Assembly: GCA_950097015.1 (NCBI GenBank)
Contig: CATNEN010000024.1
Span: 1,984,001 to 2,048,000 of the forward strand
Length of the DNA: 64,000 nucleotides
Source: Macrostomum hystrix
Lineage: Eukaryota; Animalia; Platyhelminthes
Direction of reading: 5' to 3'
A program made the position numbers and the translations under genes. The notes under the pieces were generated by a model. The model was given only the letters and a program-made list of their open reading frames with translations. It had not been told where the DNA came from and ran no database searches. This document shows, piece after piece, positions 25,106-57,769 of this stretch. Positions within the stretch are counted from its first letter, which is position 1, and each line of letters starts with the position of its first letter.

Positions 25106-26240
25106 ACATCACACCCTGTGCCCATTCAACACCAATCTCACACTCATGTCACACCCTGGCCCCATTCAACACCAATCTCACACTCATGTCACACCCTGTG
25201 CCCATTCAACACCAATCTCACACTCATGTCACACCCTGGCCCCATTCAACACCAATCTCACACTCATGTCACACCCTGGCCCCATTCAACACCAATCTCA
25301 CACTCATGTCACACCCTGTGCCCATTCAACACCAATCTCACACTCATGTCACACCCTGGCCCCATTCAACACCAATCTCACACTCATGTCACACCCTGGC
25401 CCCATTCAACACCAATCTCACACTCATGTCACACCCTGGCCCCATTCAACACCAATCTCACACTCATGTCACACCCTGGCCCCATTCAACACCAATCTCA
25501 CACTCATGTCACACCCTGTCCCCATTCAACACCAATCTCACACTCATGTCACACCCTGTCCCCATTCAACACCAATCTCACACTCATGTCACACCCTGTC
25601 CCCATTCAACACCAATCTCACACTCATGTCACACCCTGGCTCCATTCAACACCAATCTCACACTCATGTCACACCCTGTCCCCATTCAACACCAATCTCA
25701 CACTCATGTCACACCCTGTCCCCATTCAACACCAATCTCACACTAATGTCACACCCTGTCCCCATTCAACACCAATCTCACACTAATGTCACACCCTGTC
25801 CCCATTCAACACCAATCTCACACTCATGTCACACCCTGTCCCCATTCAACACCAATCTCACACTCATGTCACACCTTGTCCCCATTCAACACCAATCTCA
25901 CACTCATGTCACACCCTGGCCCCATTCAACACCAATCTCACACTAATGTCACACCCTGGCCCCATTCAACACCAATCTCACACTCATGTCACACCCTGTC
26001 CCCATTCAACACCAATCTCACACTAATGTCACACCCTGTCCCCATTCAACACCAATCTCACACTCATGTCACACCCTGTCCCCATTCAACACCAATCTCA
26101 CACTCATGTCACACCCTGTCCCCATTCAACACCAATCTCACACTCATGTCACACCCTGTCCCCATTCAACACCAATCTCACACTAATGTCACACCCTGGC
26201 CCCATTCAACACCAATCTCACACTCATGTCACACCTTGTC
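25106..26240. repeat. Minisatellite, 40-bp unit (cccattcaacaccaatctcacactcatgtcacaccctgtc), ~28 copies
   Basis: Near-perfect 40-bp periodicity. Confidence 0.97.
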
Positions 26241-26816
26241 TAAATTTAGGCTTCAATTTGACAGTATCTGTTATATCAGTTATAAGCCGCAAAGCATCAG
26301 GGAAAATAGATAATTGCTGGCCGTTCTTTAACTGAAAAAATGCTCTTTTATCGGAACTTTCTCTAAAACTGTTCATCTACTAGACAGGGCCTAATTAATG
26401 CGTTGGCAGGAAAGCCGATAAACAGACGGACGAATTGGCAGCAGAAGGGTGTGAAAACACAGCTAAGGCGAAATCCCAATCCAATGATGCTTTCACTGCA
26501 AGCAGCAACAGCTTGGGCAGCGTTGCAAAAGTTCGCTCAGCCCTGCCATGGATAATGAATTTATCCTTTACATCAGTATCCGAAAGCAATGTTATTTATA
26601 AAAGTAACAAAATAGTATATATTAGAAATAATACATTATCGGGGCAAGCTAGCAGCTGTTTGCCTTCAATCAGTGAATGTTCAATGATGAATAAGAAACT
26701 TTACCAGTCCAACTCTTGTAAAGTGCAAAAGTACTAGCCACAACAGGCCATCTTCACGAAATTAGGATTATAATACTTTCAAAAAAACCACAATCAAAAC
26801 AATTATGCAGATAATT

Positions 26817-27710
26817 CTATGACCTCAGGATTCTGCAGCTACTATGACCTCAGGATTCTGCAGCTACTATGACCTCAGGATTCTGCAGCTACTATGACCT
26901 CAGGATTCTGCAGCTACTATGACTACAGGATTCTGCAGCTACTATGACCTCAGGATTCTGCAGCTACTATGACCTCAGGATTCTGCAGCTACTATGACCT
27001 CAGGATTCTGCAGCTACTATGACTACAGGATTCTGCAGCTACTATGACCTCAGGATTCTGCAGCTACTATGACTACAGGATTCTGCAGCTACTATGACCT
27101 CAGGATTCTGCAGCTACTATGACCTCAGGATTCTGCAGCTACTATGACCTCAGGATTCTGCAGCTACTATGACCTCAGGATTCTGCAGCTACTATGACCT
27201 TAGGAATCTGCAGCTACTAATGACCTCAGGATTCTGCAGCTACTATGACCTCAGGATTCTGCAGCTACTATGACCTCAGGATTCTGCAGCTACTATGACC
27301 TCAGGATTCTGCAGCTACTATGACCTCAGGATTCTGCAGCTACTATGACCACAGGATTCTGCAGCTACTATGACCTCAGGATTCTGCAGCTACTATGACC
27401 TCAGGATTCTGCAGCTACTATAACCTCAGGATTCTGCAGCTACTATAACCTCAGGATTCTGCAGCTACTATGACCTCAGGATTCTGCAGCTACTATGACC
27501 TCAGGATTCTGCAGCTACTATGACCTCAGGATTCTGCAGCTACTATGACCTCAGGATTCTGCAGCTACTATGACCTCAGGATTCTGCAGCTACTATGACC
27601 TCAGGATTCTGCAGCTACTATGACTACAGGATTCTGCAGCTACTATGACCTCAGGATTCTGCAGCTACTATGACCTCAGGATTCTGCAGCTACTATGACC
27701 ACAGGATTCC
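26817..27710. repeat. Minisatellite, 25-bp unit (ctactatgacctcaggattctgcag), ~35 copies
   Basis: Near-perfect periodicity. Confidence 0.97.
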
Positions 27711-28562
27711 AGGTATCCTAATTTTAGCATATGACCATCTGTTTCTAATGTGAGCCAGGCCAGCTGTGTGACTGCTAATGATCGATCATGGGACACAGCA
27801 GACAGTTCACCCGCAAAGCCAGTTTTCCCATGACGACAGCTCTTATTTCAAGCGAAAAAATCGTTCCAAATCTTTAAGTGTCCCTCTGAGAATTTCAGAG
27901 AATACACTGCTCGTTTCACACAAAGAGCGAATGAGATCGAGCTAAAGTCCCGGCAAACTAGTCTAGACCTCAGCATCTGCAACATCCGCCTGCAGTCCAT
28001 TCAGCTCTCCGCCGCTTGAATGAGCTTAGCAAATTATATCAGCCAACCACCCTAACTTACTAGGCCGAGAGGGAACTTTAGTTCCATTGGGCGGTCCGCT
28101 GGGACTGCTTATGGCAAATCGGATATTTGCAGTACACATGTAGCTAACTGCAGAACAATATGTTCCAAGCTTGTCCCAGAAACAAGGCCTAGACTCTCTT
28201 GCGCTCAGTTATCTCATATGTTTACCGAAGTCCTATCGTGAGCAACTGCTCCGAACTCTTGTTATATATAAAGATTATAAGTTCGAATAGATAATAGTTT
28301 GTGTTCAGTGAATTTTCGTGGAAATACGGCTATACAATGATTATAAAGACCACAAAAAGTTTACCGACCAATTTCAACTGCATGCTTAACGTTTTTAGGC
28401 CATCATGCAAACAACGACAATCGAGCCTAATAAATACACACAGACACTCAAGCAGTCTTGTTGTTGTACTCGCGACTCCCCGGAGGGGTGCCCCTAGGAG
28501 GGTCAGAGTACGCGGGCCCGTGCTGGCCTGCGTCAGGGCGCGAGTGTCCGCACGGGACCCTA

Positions 28563-28685
<123 letters not shown>

Positions 28686-28798
28686 TCAGGGTGACCCCTG
28701 GCTGACTACCTGGTCTAGTTCCCCCCGCCTTAGTCGGCGTCAGGACACACGGACGGTCGCAGCTACGGCCCACCCGAAATGAAGGAGACAAGGCAGTG

Positions 28799-29425
28799 AC
28801 TTACTTCACTTATAGCTGGCACTCGCGCGTGCAGTCAATTGCTTGCAGCTGACGTCTGTTTGCGGCTGGCAGACCGGTTGGTCAATGTTTATTGTTTGTG
28901 CGTGGGGGACGGGTTATTGAAACGGTAGTCAGGCGTTGTAGAGCGAGAACACCAGCACGGGGCAGCCACCCGCCCCCGGCCGCGCCTATATAGGCCACGG
29001 CTCACCCGGGGCCGGGGCCCCCCACGCCCCACCCCCACCCCACCACCCCAGTACAGCTACCCACCAGCCAATCACGGCGCAGCTGGGGGAGGGGCAGTCT
29101 GGGGCGAGGGCCACACAGGGCGGCCCAGCCAACCAGCGCGCAGACAACACAATGGCGGCTAAGCGGCTTACACCGCTGAGCCTCTAACGCCAAAAACAAC
29201 TGCGTTATGCCGCGTGGGGGGCGAGTGCACTTGAGCAGTGCCAGCGCACGTGCACAACATTGTTTCATCGTCGTGTAGTGTGTACCTCCCCCTGATTTGC
29301 GTACCCTGAGCCCCGAGCCGATTGGCTGGTCCTTTCCTTTCAGTCAGCCCCTGCAGCGTGGCTCTACCCCCATGCGCCAATCAGCTCCAGCCAGTTCTAC
29401 CCCCCGTGCCGCACGCGGATTGGCT
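28799..29425 (-). promoter_or_regulatory. Candidate pol II promoter (TATA + CCAAT + CACCC/GC boxes) with a downstream splice donor; orphan or LTR-like
   Basis: GCCTATATAGGC at 28984-28995. CCAAT/ATTGG at 29068, 29321, 29377 and 29419. CACCC runs at about 29020-29050. On the minus strand, AATAAA at 28893-28888 and GAA|GTAAGT at 28804-28799. Confidence 0.4.
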
Positions 29426-30066
29426 GGCGGTTTTAGATTTATCTCTCCCGCCGTTTGCTACGGGAATTGGAGCCGGATTCTCTGCCCTTATGCCACACTG
29501 TGGCAAATTCAAGACAGTCTTCTACGGCTTATTTAGACTCAAGTCTTAACCAAGAAAATTTTGGTGAGCAAAAATCGTAATCCCACAATGTCAGAAAGGG
29601 TTTTGTGAAATCGTTAGCATGCAGACTCAGTTAGTGTTTGGTCTCTATGCAAGGAAGAAACAAATATAGGGTTAGGACGAGCTAACGGAAGAACTACAGA
29701 AACTTAAGAATATTTCAATCGATATTTTATTAGAGTAGTGGCCATGAACAACCCACTCGAGTTTCTGTCGGCGTCGCTATTGGGATAAAAAAGCTGGCCA
29801 TTTTATGAAATATACTTATGAAAGAGAAAAAATTGAGACAGTCGCGCGCTAGGATGACAGGGACTGGGTCAGGGAATGGGAAATGCGGCAGACGCGAAAT
29901 AAGACCCAACGAGATACAAGGGAATGGCTAGGATTTCACGGAAAGGACGATAACAAATTATCGATTATCTATATTAAGAAAAATAATGTTGAGCTAAAAA
30001 CTGATTTTACAAAACGAAAGAATGAATTGGGCGGCGGGATTAACTAGTAGAGAGGGATACATGAAA

Positions 30067-31510
30067 CAGTGGGATAAACTGAACAGTGGGAGAAACTATA
30101 ACAGTGGGATAAACTGAACAGTGGGATAAACTGAACAGTGGGATAAACTGAACAGAGGGATAGACTGAACAGTGGAATAAACTGAACAGTGGGATAGACT
30201 GAACAGTGGGATAGACTGAACAGTGGGATAAACTGAACAGTGGGATAAACTATAACAGTGAGATATTTATATTTATATACTAATAGTTATAAACTGAACA
30301 GTGGGATAGACTGAACAGTGGGATAAACTGAACAGTGGGATAAACTATAACAGTGGGATAAACTGAACAGTGGGATAAACTGAACAGAGGGATAGACTGA
30401 ACAGTGGGATAAACTATAAATGTGAGATATTTATATTTATATACTAATAGTTATAAACTGAACAGTGGGATAGACTGAACAGTGGGATAAACTGAACAGT
30501 GGGATAAACTGAACAGTGGGATAAACTGAACAGTGGGATAGACTGAACAGAGGGATAGACTGAACAGTGGAATAAACTATAACAGTGGGATAAACTGAAC
30601 AGTGGGATAAACTGAACAGTGGGATAAACTGAACAGAGGGATAGACTGAACAGTGGAATAAACTATAACAGTGGGATAAACTGAACAGTGGGATAGACTG
30701 AACAGTGGGATAAACTGAACAGTGGCATAGGCTGAACAGTGGGATAAACTGAACAGTGGGATAAACTGAACAGTGGGATAAACTGAACAGTGGGATAGAC
30801 TGAACAGTGGGATAGACTGAACAGTGGGATAGACTGAACAGTGGGATAAACTGAACAGTGGGATAGACTGAACAGTGGGATAAACTGAACAGTGGGATAA
30901 ACTGAACAGTGGGATAAACTGAACAGTGGGATAAACTGAACAGTGGGATAGACTGAACAGTGGGATAGACTGAACAGTGGGATAAACTGAACAGTGGGAT
31001 AAACTGAACAGTGGGATAGACTGAACAGTGGGATAGACTGAACAGTGGGATAAACTGAACAGTGGGATAAACTGAACAGTGGGATAGACTGAACAGTGGG
31101 ATAAACTGAACAGTGGGATAAACTGAACAGTGGGATAGACTGAACAGTGGGATAAACTATAACAGTGGGATAAACTGAACAGAGGGATAGACTTGACAGT
31201 GGGATAAACTGAACAGTGGGATAAACTGAACAGAGGGATAGACTTGACAGTGGGATAAACTGAACAGTGGGATAAACTATAACAGTGGGATAAACTGAAC
31301 AGTGGGAGAAACTATAACAGTGGGATAAACTGAACAGTGGGATAAACTGAACAGAGGGATAGACTTGACAGTGGGATAAACTGAACAGTGGGATAAACTG
31401 AACAGTGGGATAAACTGAACAGAGGGATAGACTTGACAGTGGGATAAACTGAACAGTGGGATAAACTATAACAGTGAGATATTTATATACTAATAGTTAT
31501 AAACTGAAAA
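30067..31510. repeat. Minisatellite, 17-bp unit (tgggataaactgaacag), ~80 copies, with a thrice-repeated AT-rich interruption
   Basis: Tandem periodicity; the agatatttatat...actaatagttataaa insert occurs near 30260, 30425 and 31478. Confidence 0.95.
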
Positions 31511-32220
31511 TTGGTTTATAAACGGTTTGATAAAATGAAAAGGCAATAGGGTTACACGTCAAACAATTTGAAGAAGTTGCAAGAGTGCAGCAGACAGAAG
31601 AAGCTCTTTCTTAGAATCGCAAGTTCTCGCATCGAGTCGCAAAGTGCCAAAAAAGAGGCGAGGGGAAATCTAAATCGAGCGAAGTAAAAGGAATAAATCA
31701 GGTTCTGGGCTGCCAGTTCTCGTTAGCGCTTGTGTAGCCAGATCCCCGGAGACTAGGAGGAAGAAGCAGATAGCCCGCCCCGCTGTCCCAGGCGAGCCCC
31801 GATGGGGGATCGAATTTGAAGTTCACAAGGCAAACATGGCCAAGTTCGTCAGTGCTTTACTAGCTATAGAAACCGCAGACACTAAATGGCTCCTCAACAG
31901 CTGTACACAGCCTTTGGAAGCTTAGCTGCAGCTGTGTCACCGGCTCTACATCTGGCCCAACTGAATTAGCATTTTACCTATCATTATATCATTCAATTAA
32001 AGCTCTGCGATCTTTCTTAGTGAAGGTCTTCACTACACTACTAACTGAGTAGCAATGCAAGCTTCCAAAAATATATCAACGAATATAAAGATACTAATTG
32101 TTTTAGATGTAATCGTGCAAACAGCATCAAATCAAGCATGAAGGGTGGACTTTATTTTAAGTTGACTTTAATTGGATGATAAGGAAAAGTGATATGGAGA
32201 CCAGAAGCACACCTGTTAGC

Positions 32221-33523
32221 TCACAGGTAGCCCTGCTCGGCCAGCCAATCAATACCAGCCTCGGAGCCATCGCTGGGCCGGTACTCCAGTCCCACGCAGC
32301 CACTGTAGCCAGAGTCCGCAACCTGCCGCAGCACTGTTGCGTAATCAATGCTACCTGCCGAGTTTGGCTCCTGACGACCGGGCGCCTGAGCAATCTGGAC
32401 GTGACCAGCCAGTGGCAGGTAATTGGGCAACGATGCTAGAGAGCCTTCCAGCATCTGCAGGTGGAAAACGTCAAGCAATAGTCTCAGTCCGGGAACTTCG
32501 CCAACAATCTTCACGGCTTCGCTGTATGAGTTCAGATAATAGTCTGGGATGTTGCTAATTGGTTCAATCACACAGGTGACACCCAGCGGTTCCATTAGGC
32601 GAACAGCTTCGCGCAAACCCTCCAAGTAGGCGAAGCGAGTTTCTGGGCAGCTGCGCGCAGTGGACCGACCAGACATCACGTGCAGCGTCGGACAGGATAG
32701 GGCTGTGCACAGTTCGGCTGCTGCGGACAGGCCTGAGCGAAATTCTTCGCGTCTGGGTGTCGAATTTGGGGTGTTGGGGCTAGCGTGGATTCGATTATGT
32801 AATAATTTGGGGTGGTGGGGCTAGGGTGGGTTTTATAATCCGGGGGTGAAAATTGGGTTTGTGGGCTAAATTTTGATCTGATTAGTAGTGTTGATAGAGA
32901 GCCTGGGCTTCATTATCAGTCTGAAATTTCGGGTAGTGCTAGCTTTGGGTTTGAATAACGGGATTTTGAAATTAGTTTTGGTTTGATTGTCGGAATGTGA
33001 AGCATGTTCGGGTGGCACTCGGAGTACCCTTTAATTACCCGCATATTGCACAGGGTCAAAGGGTCAGGGTCTCTTTTGAGTGCTGTGCATGGTCTGCAAG
33101 CTGCAGGAGTCTTGGTTTACTCCCGATTCGCCGAAATTCCCGATTCGCTGAATTCCCGATTCGCCGAAATTCCCGATTCGCCGAATTCCTGATTCGCCGA
33201 TTCCCGATTCGCCGAATCGGGAGAAACCGGAGTCTTCACTCACGAACCCATGCTAACGAGCTTTGTCCTCACCTATCTAGCAGGGCTGTCAAGCCGAGGT
33301 CCCCAACTGGCGGTCGGCATGGCGGGGCATTGATCAGGGCGAAGCGAATATTGCCAGCGCGCTGACAGGCTTCAGCAAGGCTGACAGGAGTCTCGCCTCC
33401 TGCGTCCATGGCTTCAACATATCGAAAACCTCTCGCTGCAGCTCGACTTAGGCGATCCAAAATGCTCACCTGGTCGGTGAACAGCCAACTAAGATTGGCA
33501 GATAGACGGATAGCAGGTAAGGC
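32221..33523 (-). CDS. HYI: Hydroxypyruvate isomerase (xylose-isomerase-like TIM barrel), exons 33523-33273 and 32752-32221; 260 codons, start Met not encoded locally
   Basis: ALPAIRLSANLSWLF..GFRYVE..LINAPP..GLTAL..REEF..LHVMSG..CVIEPI..LLDVFHLQ..GHVQIAQAPGRQEPNSAGSIDY..GYSGCVGLEYRP matches the HYI family. Phase-2 GT-AG intron is in frame. Confidence 0.92.
33119..33215. repeat. Short intronic repeat (cccgattcgccgaatt-like), ~5 copies
   Basis: Tandem copies in the HYI intron. Confidence 0.8.
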
Positions 33524-33884
33524 CTGTAAAGTTTAGCATCTTTACAAATTACAATAATTTCAGTTCAAGAACTTCATGAATTAGACAAATGATTTGTAGC
33601 TATAAATAGGATAATTAGATGAAACAATCGATTTAAATGTGATCTTCTTATTTTATATTTATATTAATTTACAGTTCAAGATAAAATAAATAGTCGATGA
33701 CCAACAAAATATGAAGAATGATTCAAAAGCCAGTTTTATGGCAGTTTTATTAAGCAATTTTTCAAGCAAATATACATACTTCATACTTATTGTATTTATT
33801 GAAACTTTCTAACAGAAAAGGTTTGAACATTACAGTTTTAATTAAAATACTTTACTATTAAAATACATTACATTACGGATTATA

Positions 33885-34065
33885 TATTTTATAATATAAT
33901 ATAATATAATATTATATATAATATAATATATTATATATTATATAATATATTATTATATTATACAATATATTATTATATATTATATAATATATTATTATAT
34001 ATTATATATTATATAATAATATTAAATTAATTATATAATTATATATATTATATATTTATATATTT
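33885..34065. repeat. AT-only low-complexity tract (tata/taa)
   Basis: About 180 bp almost free of G and C, between KCNQ1 and HYI. Confidence 0.85.
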
Positions 34066-34663
34066 AAATGTATACTCTAGCTTCGTTAATATACTCATAT
34101 ATAATAACCAAGCTAGAGTTAACTTATAAAGCAACAAATTAAATATTTTTACTAATAGGTATTAAGGAACAAAATGGATGGGCTAATAAAGCATTTAGCT
34201 ATATTTCGAATTTCCTAGACTTTTAAATGTTAATAGTCTCGATTAAGGTAAAAAATTCAGTTTTTTGTGGTAACTCAACGGGTACTTATCTTACATGTGC
34301 GTTTTTTTTCTTAGAAAATGTTCATTTTAAAACCGCGCGAAAGAGCTAACTAATATTACACTCGTGTGAATATAATATTTTTTAAACGAATACTAGTTTA
34401 CTTCGAACAAGTAAATTTGAACTAAAGCACTCTAAAAAATTTTGTCCTCTACTTCAGTAGTCCTAGATATCTGCATGCCCAAGAACTAACACTGATATTT
34501 TGACTACTTCGTGTGGCAGGTCGCTTTCTTTCGGCTCTACTCGAGTCTGCGTGGCTCTATGTTAACCCCTTTAAAGATTACTAACGGACAATAATAATAA
34601 GTTAAATTTTAAAAATGAAACCGACACTCATGGATCCTTAAATTGCCTCTACCACGAAGCTCC

Positions 34664-34669
34664 TTTATT
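34664..34669 (-). terminator. Candidate KCNQ1 polyadenylation signal AATAAA
   Basis: First AATAAA seen on the minus strand, about 290 nt after the stop at 34955; usage not shown. Confidence 0.35.
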
Positions 34670-34954
34670 TCAGGTGAAACGATGCAAACAATGTAGAAAT
34701 CGCATTTCGTAAATAGACGATTCTAAAAGCAAGTTATATGTCTAATGTATATAAATACAAAAAATTATTAGGATAGACAACATTATTAAAGACGTTAAGT
34801 TCTATTGTTCATTACACAAGTAGTATTTTAATTTTTAGGTCTTCTCATAATGCGAGTAATTCTACGCGAACATTGTAGAATGGAATGTGTCACTTTCTAA
34901 AATACGCTGGTAGCAAACCGGAACCAGCCACCTGTTCTCATTGATCAGCCGACT

Positions 34955-54592
<19,638 letters not shown>

Positions 54593-54729
54593 GCCGAATG
54601 TGTTTGACAAGCCAGATGCTTCACTTCCTCACACAGTTTGCATTATATGCTTTGAGTAACTTCATTTCGAGACGTGCGAAGCCAAAGCGCATCGCGATTG
54701 GCTGGCTCGAATGTGAAAGTACCGTGAAT

Positions 54730-55135
54730 GAGGAGTGCCACTTCTAGAGACTGGGAAGTGCCACTTCTAGAGACTGGGGAGTGCCACTTCTAGAGACTGA
54801 GGAGTGCCAGTTCTAGAGACTGAGGAGTGCCAGTTCTAGAGACTGAGGAGTGCCAGTTCTAGAGACTGAGGAGTGCCACTTCTAGAGACTGAGGAGTGCC
54901 AGTTCTAGAGACTGAGGAGTGCCACTTCTAGAGACTGAGGAGTGCCAGTTCTAGAGACTGAGGAGTGTCACTTCTAGAGACTGAGGAGTGCCAGTTCTAG
55001 AGACTGTGGAGTGCCACTTCTAGAGACTGAGGAGTGCCACTTCTAGAGACTGAGGAGTGCCAGTTCTAGAGACTGAGGAGTGCCAGTTCTAGAGACTGAG
55101 GAACAAGGGAGTGCCAGTTCAGAGACTGAGGAGTG
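54730..55135. repeat. Minisatellite, 23-bp unit (gagtgccagttctagagactgag), ~17 copies
   Basis: Tandem periodicity about 140 bp upstream of the KCNQ1 ATG. Confidence 0.95.
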
Positions 55136-55749
55136 CCTCTGCAGCTTTGGTGAATGGTACATGCATTGAGCCTGAAGTAAACCAAGCCACGGTGTTATCA
55201 TTTTAAGCAGCAAGCGGCAACACGGAAACTACAGAAAATAATCAAGCGGCACCCTCTATTGTATATTTTTCTTTACTTTTTACCAAATAACATACGCAAA
55301 TGGACCAGTGCAAGTTAATCACAAACAGAAGCGAATAAGTTACTGTAAGTAATATCCGTAATTTTTTTGTTAATAAAAGTGTCCAAAATAGAATTTGGCC
55401 AATAAAACAAACTAGCTGGGCAATTAGTTAGAGAATACACTGAAACACTGTACTAGGCGAGGCGAGGCAACTGTGCTACAGTCAAAGCAAGAATTAGGCA
55501 AAATGTAAAGATTTTAAATTTTAATTGTCAGTGTGATCGCTAAAATTTTATGTAGTCGATGGGTCTAGCAAGCGTGCAACAGCTTCCGAAAAGTGCGAGC
55601 AATCAGCAAAACTTATCTAGCCTAAAACTCATTAGTGCAAAAGAGAAATAACAATACGATTGCGTGGCTTTAAATAAGAAATTGATACCACACAACCATG
55701 TGCATAGAGTTACTACGTAAGGAAACTGTGTACATATGCTTTAGTCAGC

Positions 55750-56425
55750 CGAGTGGGGTGCCTGGGGTTTGTGGGGTTGTTGATCAGCTGAGCGAGTGCA
55801 CTGGGTGCTTGGGGTTTGTGGGGTTGTTGGTCAGCTGAGCGAGTGCACTGGGTGCCTGGGGTTTGTGGGGTTGTTGATCAGCTGAGCGAGTGCACTGGGT
55901 GCTTGGGGTTTGTGGGGTTGTTGGTCAGCTGAGTGAGTGCACTGGGTGCCTGGGGTTTGTGGGGTTGTTGGTCAGCTGAGTGAGTGCACTGGGTGCCTGG
56001 GGTTTGTGGGGTTGTTGGTCAGCTGAGTGAGTGCACTGGGTGCCTGGGGTTTGTGGGGTTGTTGGTCAGCTGAGTGAGTGCACTGGGTGCCTGGGGTTTG
56101 TGGGGTTGTTGGTCAGCTGAGTGAGTGCACTGGGTGCCTGGGGTTTGTGGGGTTGTTGATCAGCTGAGTGAGTGCACTGGGTGCCTGGGGTTTGTGGGGT
56201 TGTTGGTCAGCTGAGTGAGTGCACTGGGTGCCTGGGGTTTGTGGGGTTGTTGGTCAGCTGAGTGAGTGCACTGGGTGCCTGGGGTTTGTGGGGTTGTTGG
56301 TCAGCTGAGTGAGTGCACTGGGTGCCTGGGGTTTGTGGGGTTGTTGGTCAGCTGAGTGAGTGCACTGGGTGCCTGGGGTTTGTGGGGCTGTTGGTCAGCT
56401 GAGTGAGTGCACTGGGATCCTGGGG
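55750..56425. repeat. G-rich minisatellite, 47-bp unit, ~14 copies
   Basis: ttggtcag at 55921, 55968 and onward. Confidence 0.95.
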
Positions 56426-56949
56426 CATATTAGTGCAACAATTGTACCAGGGTGAATCTAAAAACTAGTAAAGTGCAATTACAATTACAATTACATGCAA
56501 TTACATAAGCAGCTGATTAGCGGTAACATACTAATGATTATTTATTTTCATTTTAACGCAGATAAAATATAGAAACAGACGAATTATATCTTAACAGGCG
56601 ATTTAGCGAAGAAGACTAAATAACGTGCATGGTTTGGAAAAAGACAAATAAATAAGTTTACTATTTTCTAATATCGATAGACAACGATCGTGTACACAAA
56701 CGGCAGGCTTCCTTTGTGCTTTCGACTAGAGCAAAATAATTGCCTTTTTCTGAGTAATAAGTACATGAAAAGTATTAGAAAAGTATTACAATGAGAGTCT
56801 AACAGACTCTGACTCAAGCAGTCTAACAGACTCAAACAGATAAAATTCAATGGCGCATTGGTTGCAGCTGCAATAGCTTTATTTACTTTTATCCTTTGGA
56901 TGTGGTCAGCTAAGGATAAAAAATATTAGGTAGTCTGTGTAGTCCAGAT

Positions 56950-57135
56950 GGTTGGGGTTGGTCTGGATTGCCTGTACAAGCAGGTGGGGTTGGTCTGTGG
57001 TTGCGTGTAATTAGGGCAGGCGGGGTTGGTCTGGGTTGCCTGTACAAGCAGGTGAGGTTGGTCGGGGTTGCGTGTACATTAGGGCAGGTGGGGTTGGTCG
57101 GGGTTGCGGTGTAGATTCGGGCAGGTGGGGTTGAT
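56950..57135. repeat. Imperfect G-rich repeat (gcaggtggggttggtc...), ~5 copies
   Basis: Recurrent core seen by eye. Confidence 0.7.
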
Positions 57136-57769
57136 CGTGTACAGACAGGTGCTAATTAAGCGTGAACACTGGCTGGCGTTTGCCTTTGCTTACAACCAGA
57201 AAATGAAAAAATAACAAATCAGTGCATTGTAAAGTGAGAACTCATTCAAAATAGGCATCAAGATAGTCCACATGCATATGTATATATATATATATCAGTA
57301 TTTTGTAATACATAGTTTAAGACCGGATAAAAAGCTTAAAATAGCTAATAACTAGGGCGTACAACACTGTGAGTCAATGACAGACATGCTTCTGGCCCAA
57401 TTTCCACAATTTGATGCTTAAAATAATTCGAAGCAATGCAACAAATAACAGAAAAAGCCGGATGCAACAGAACAAAGAACATTTATTAATCTGCTATCAC
57501 TGCACTTCTAAGATCATCTCAGATTTACTAAAATTTGAACTATTAATTCAATTTACCCGCTGTAAAACAGGCATCAGATTGGCATATAGATCTGTGCAGA
57601 TGTCCATGGACTGAACAAGCTGTACACACCCTTTGGATGCTCTGCGCAATAGCTGCGACTGTGCGATTGGCTGTACATCTGGCCCAAGTGTTTGCAACCG
57701 CAATCAATATAATTTAGACAGATATATTACGTGGCAAAAATATAGTCAGTCATCTATTGTCAGCTTCTG

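Noticed and set aside
32221-33523. HYI as a bacterial horizontal transfer or contamination
   Set aside because: It has a GT-AG intron, an animal-type N-terminus, and HYI is a normal metazoan gene.
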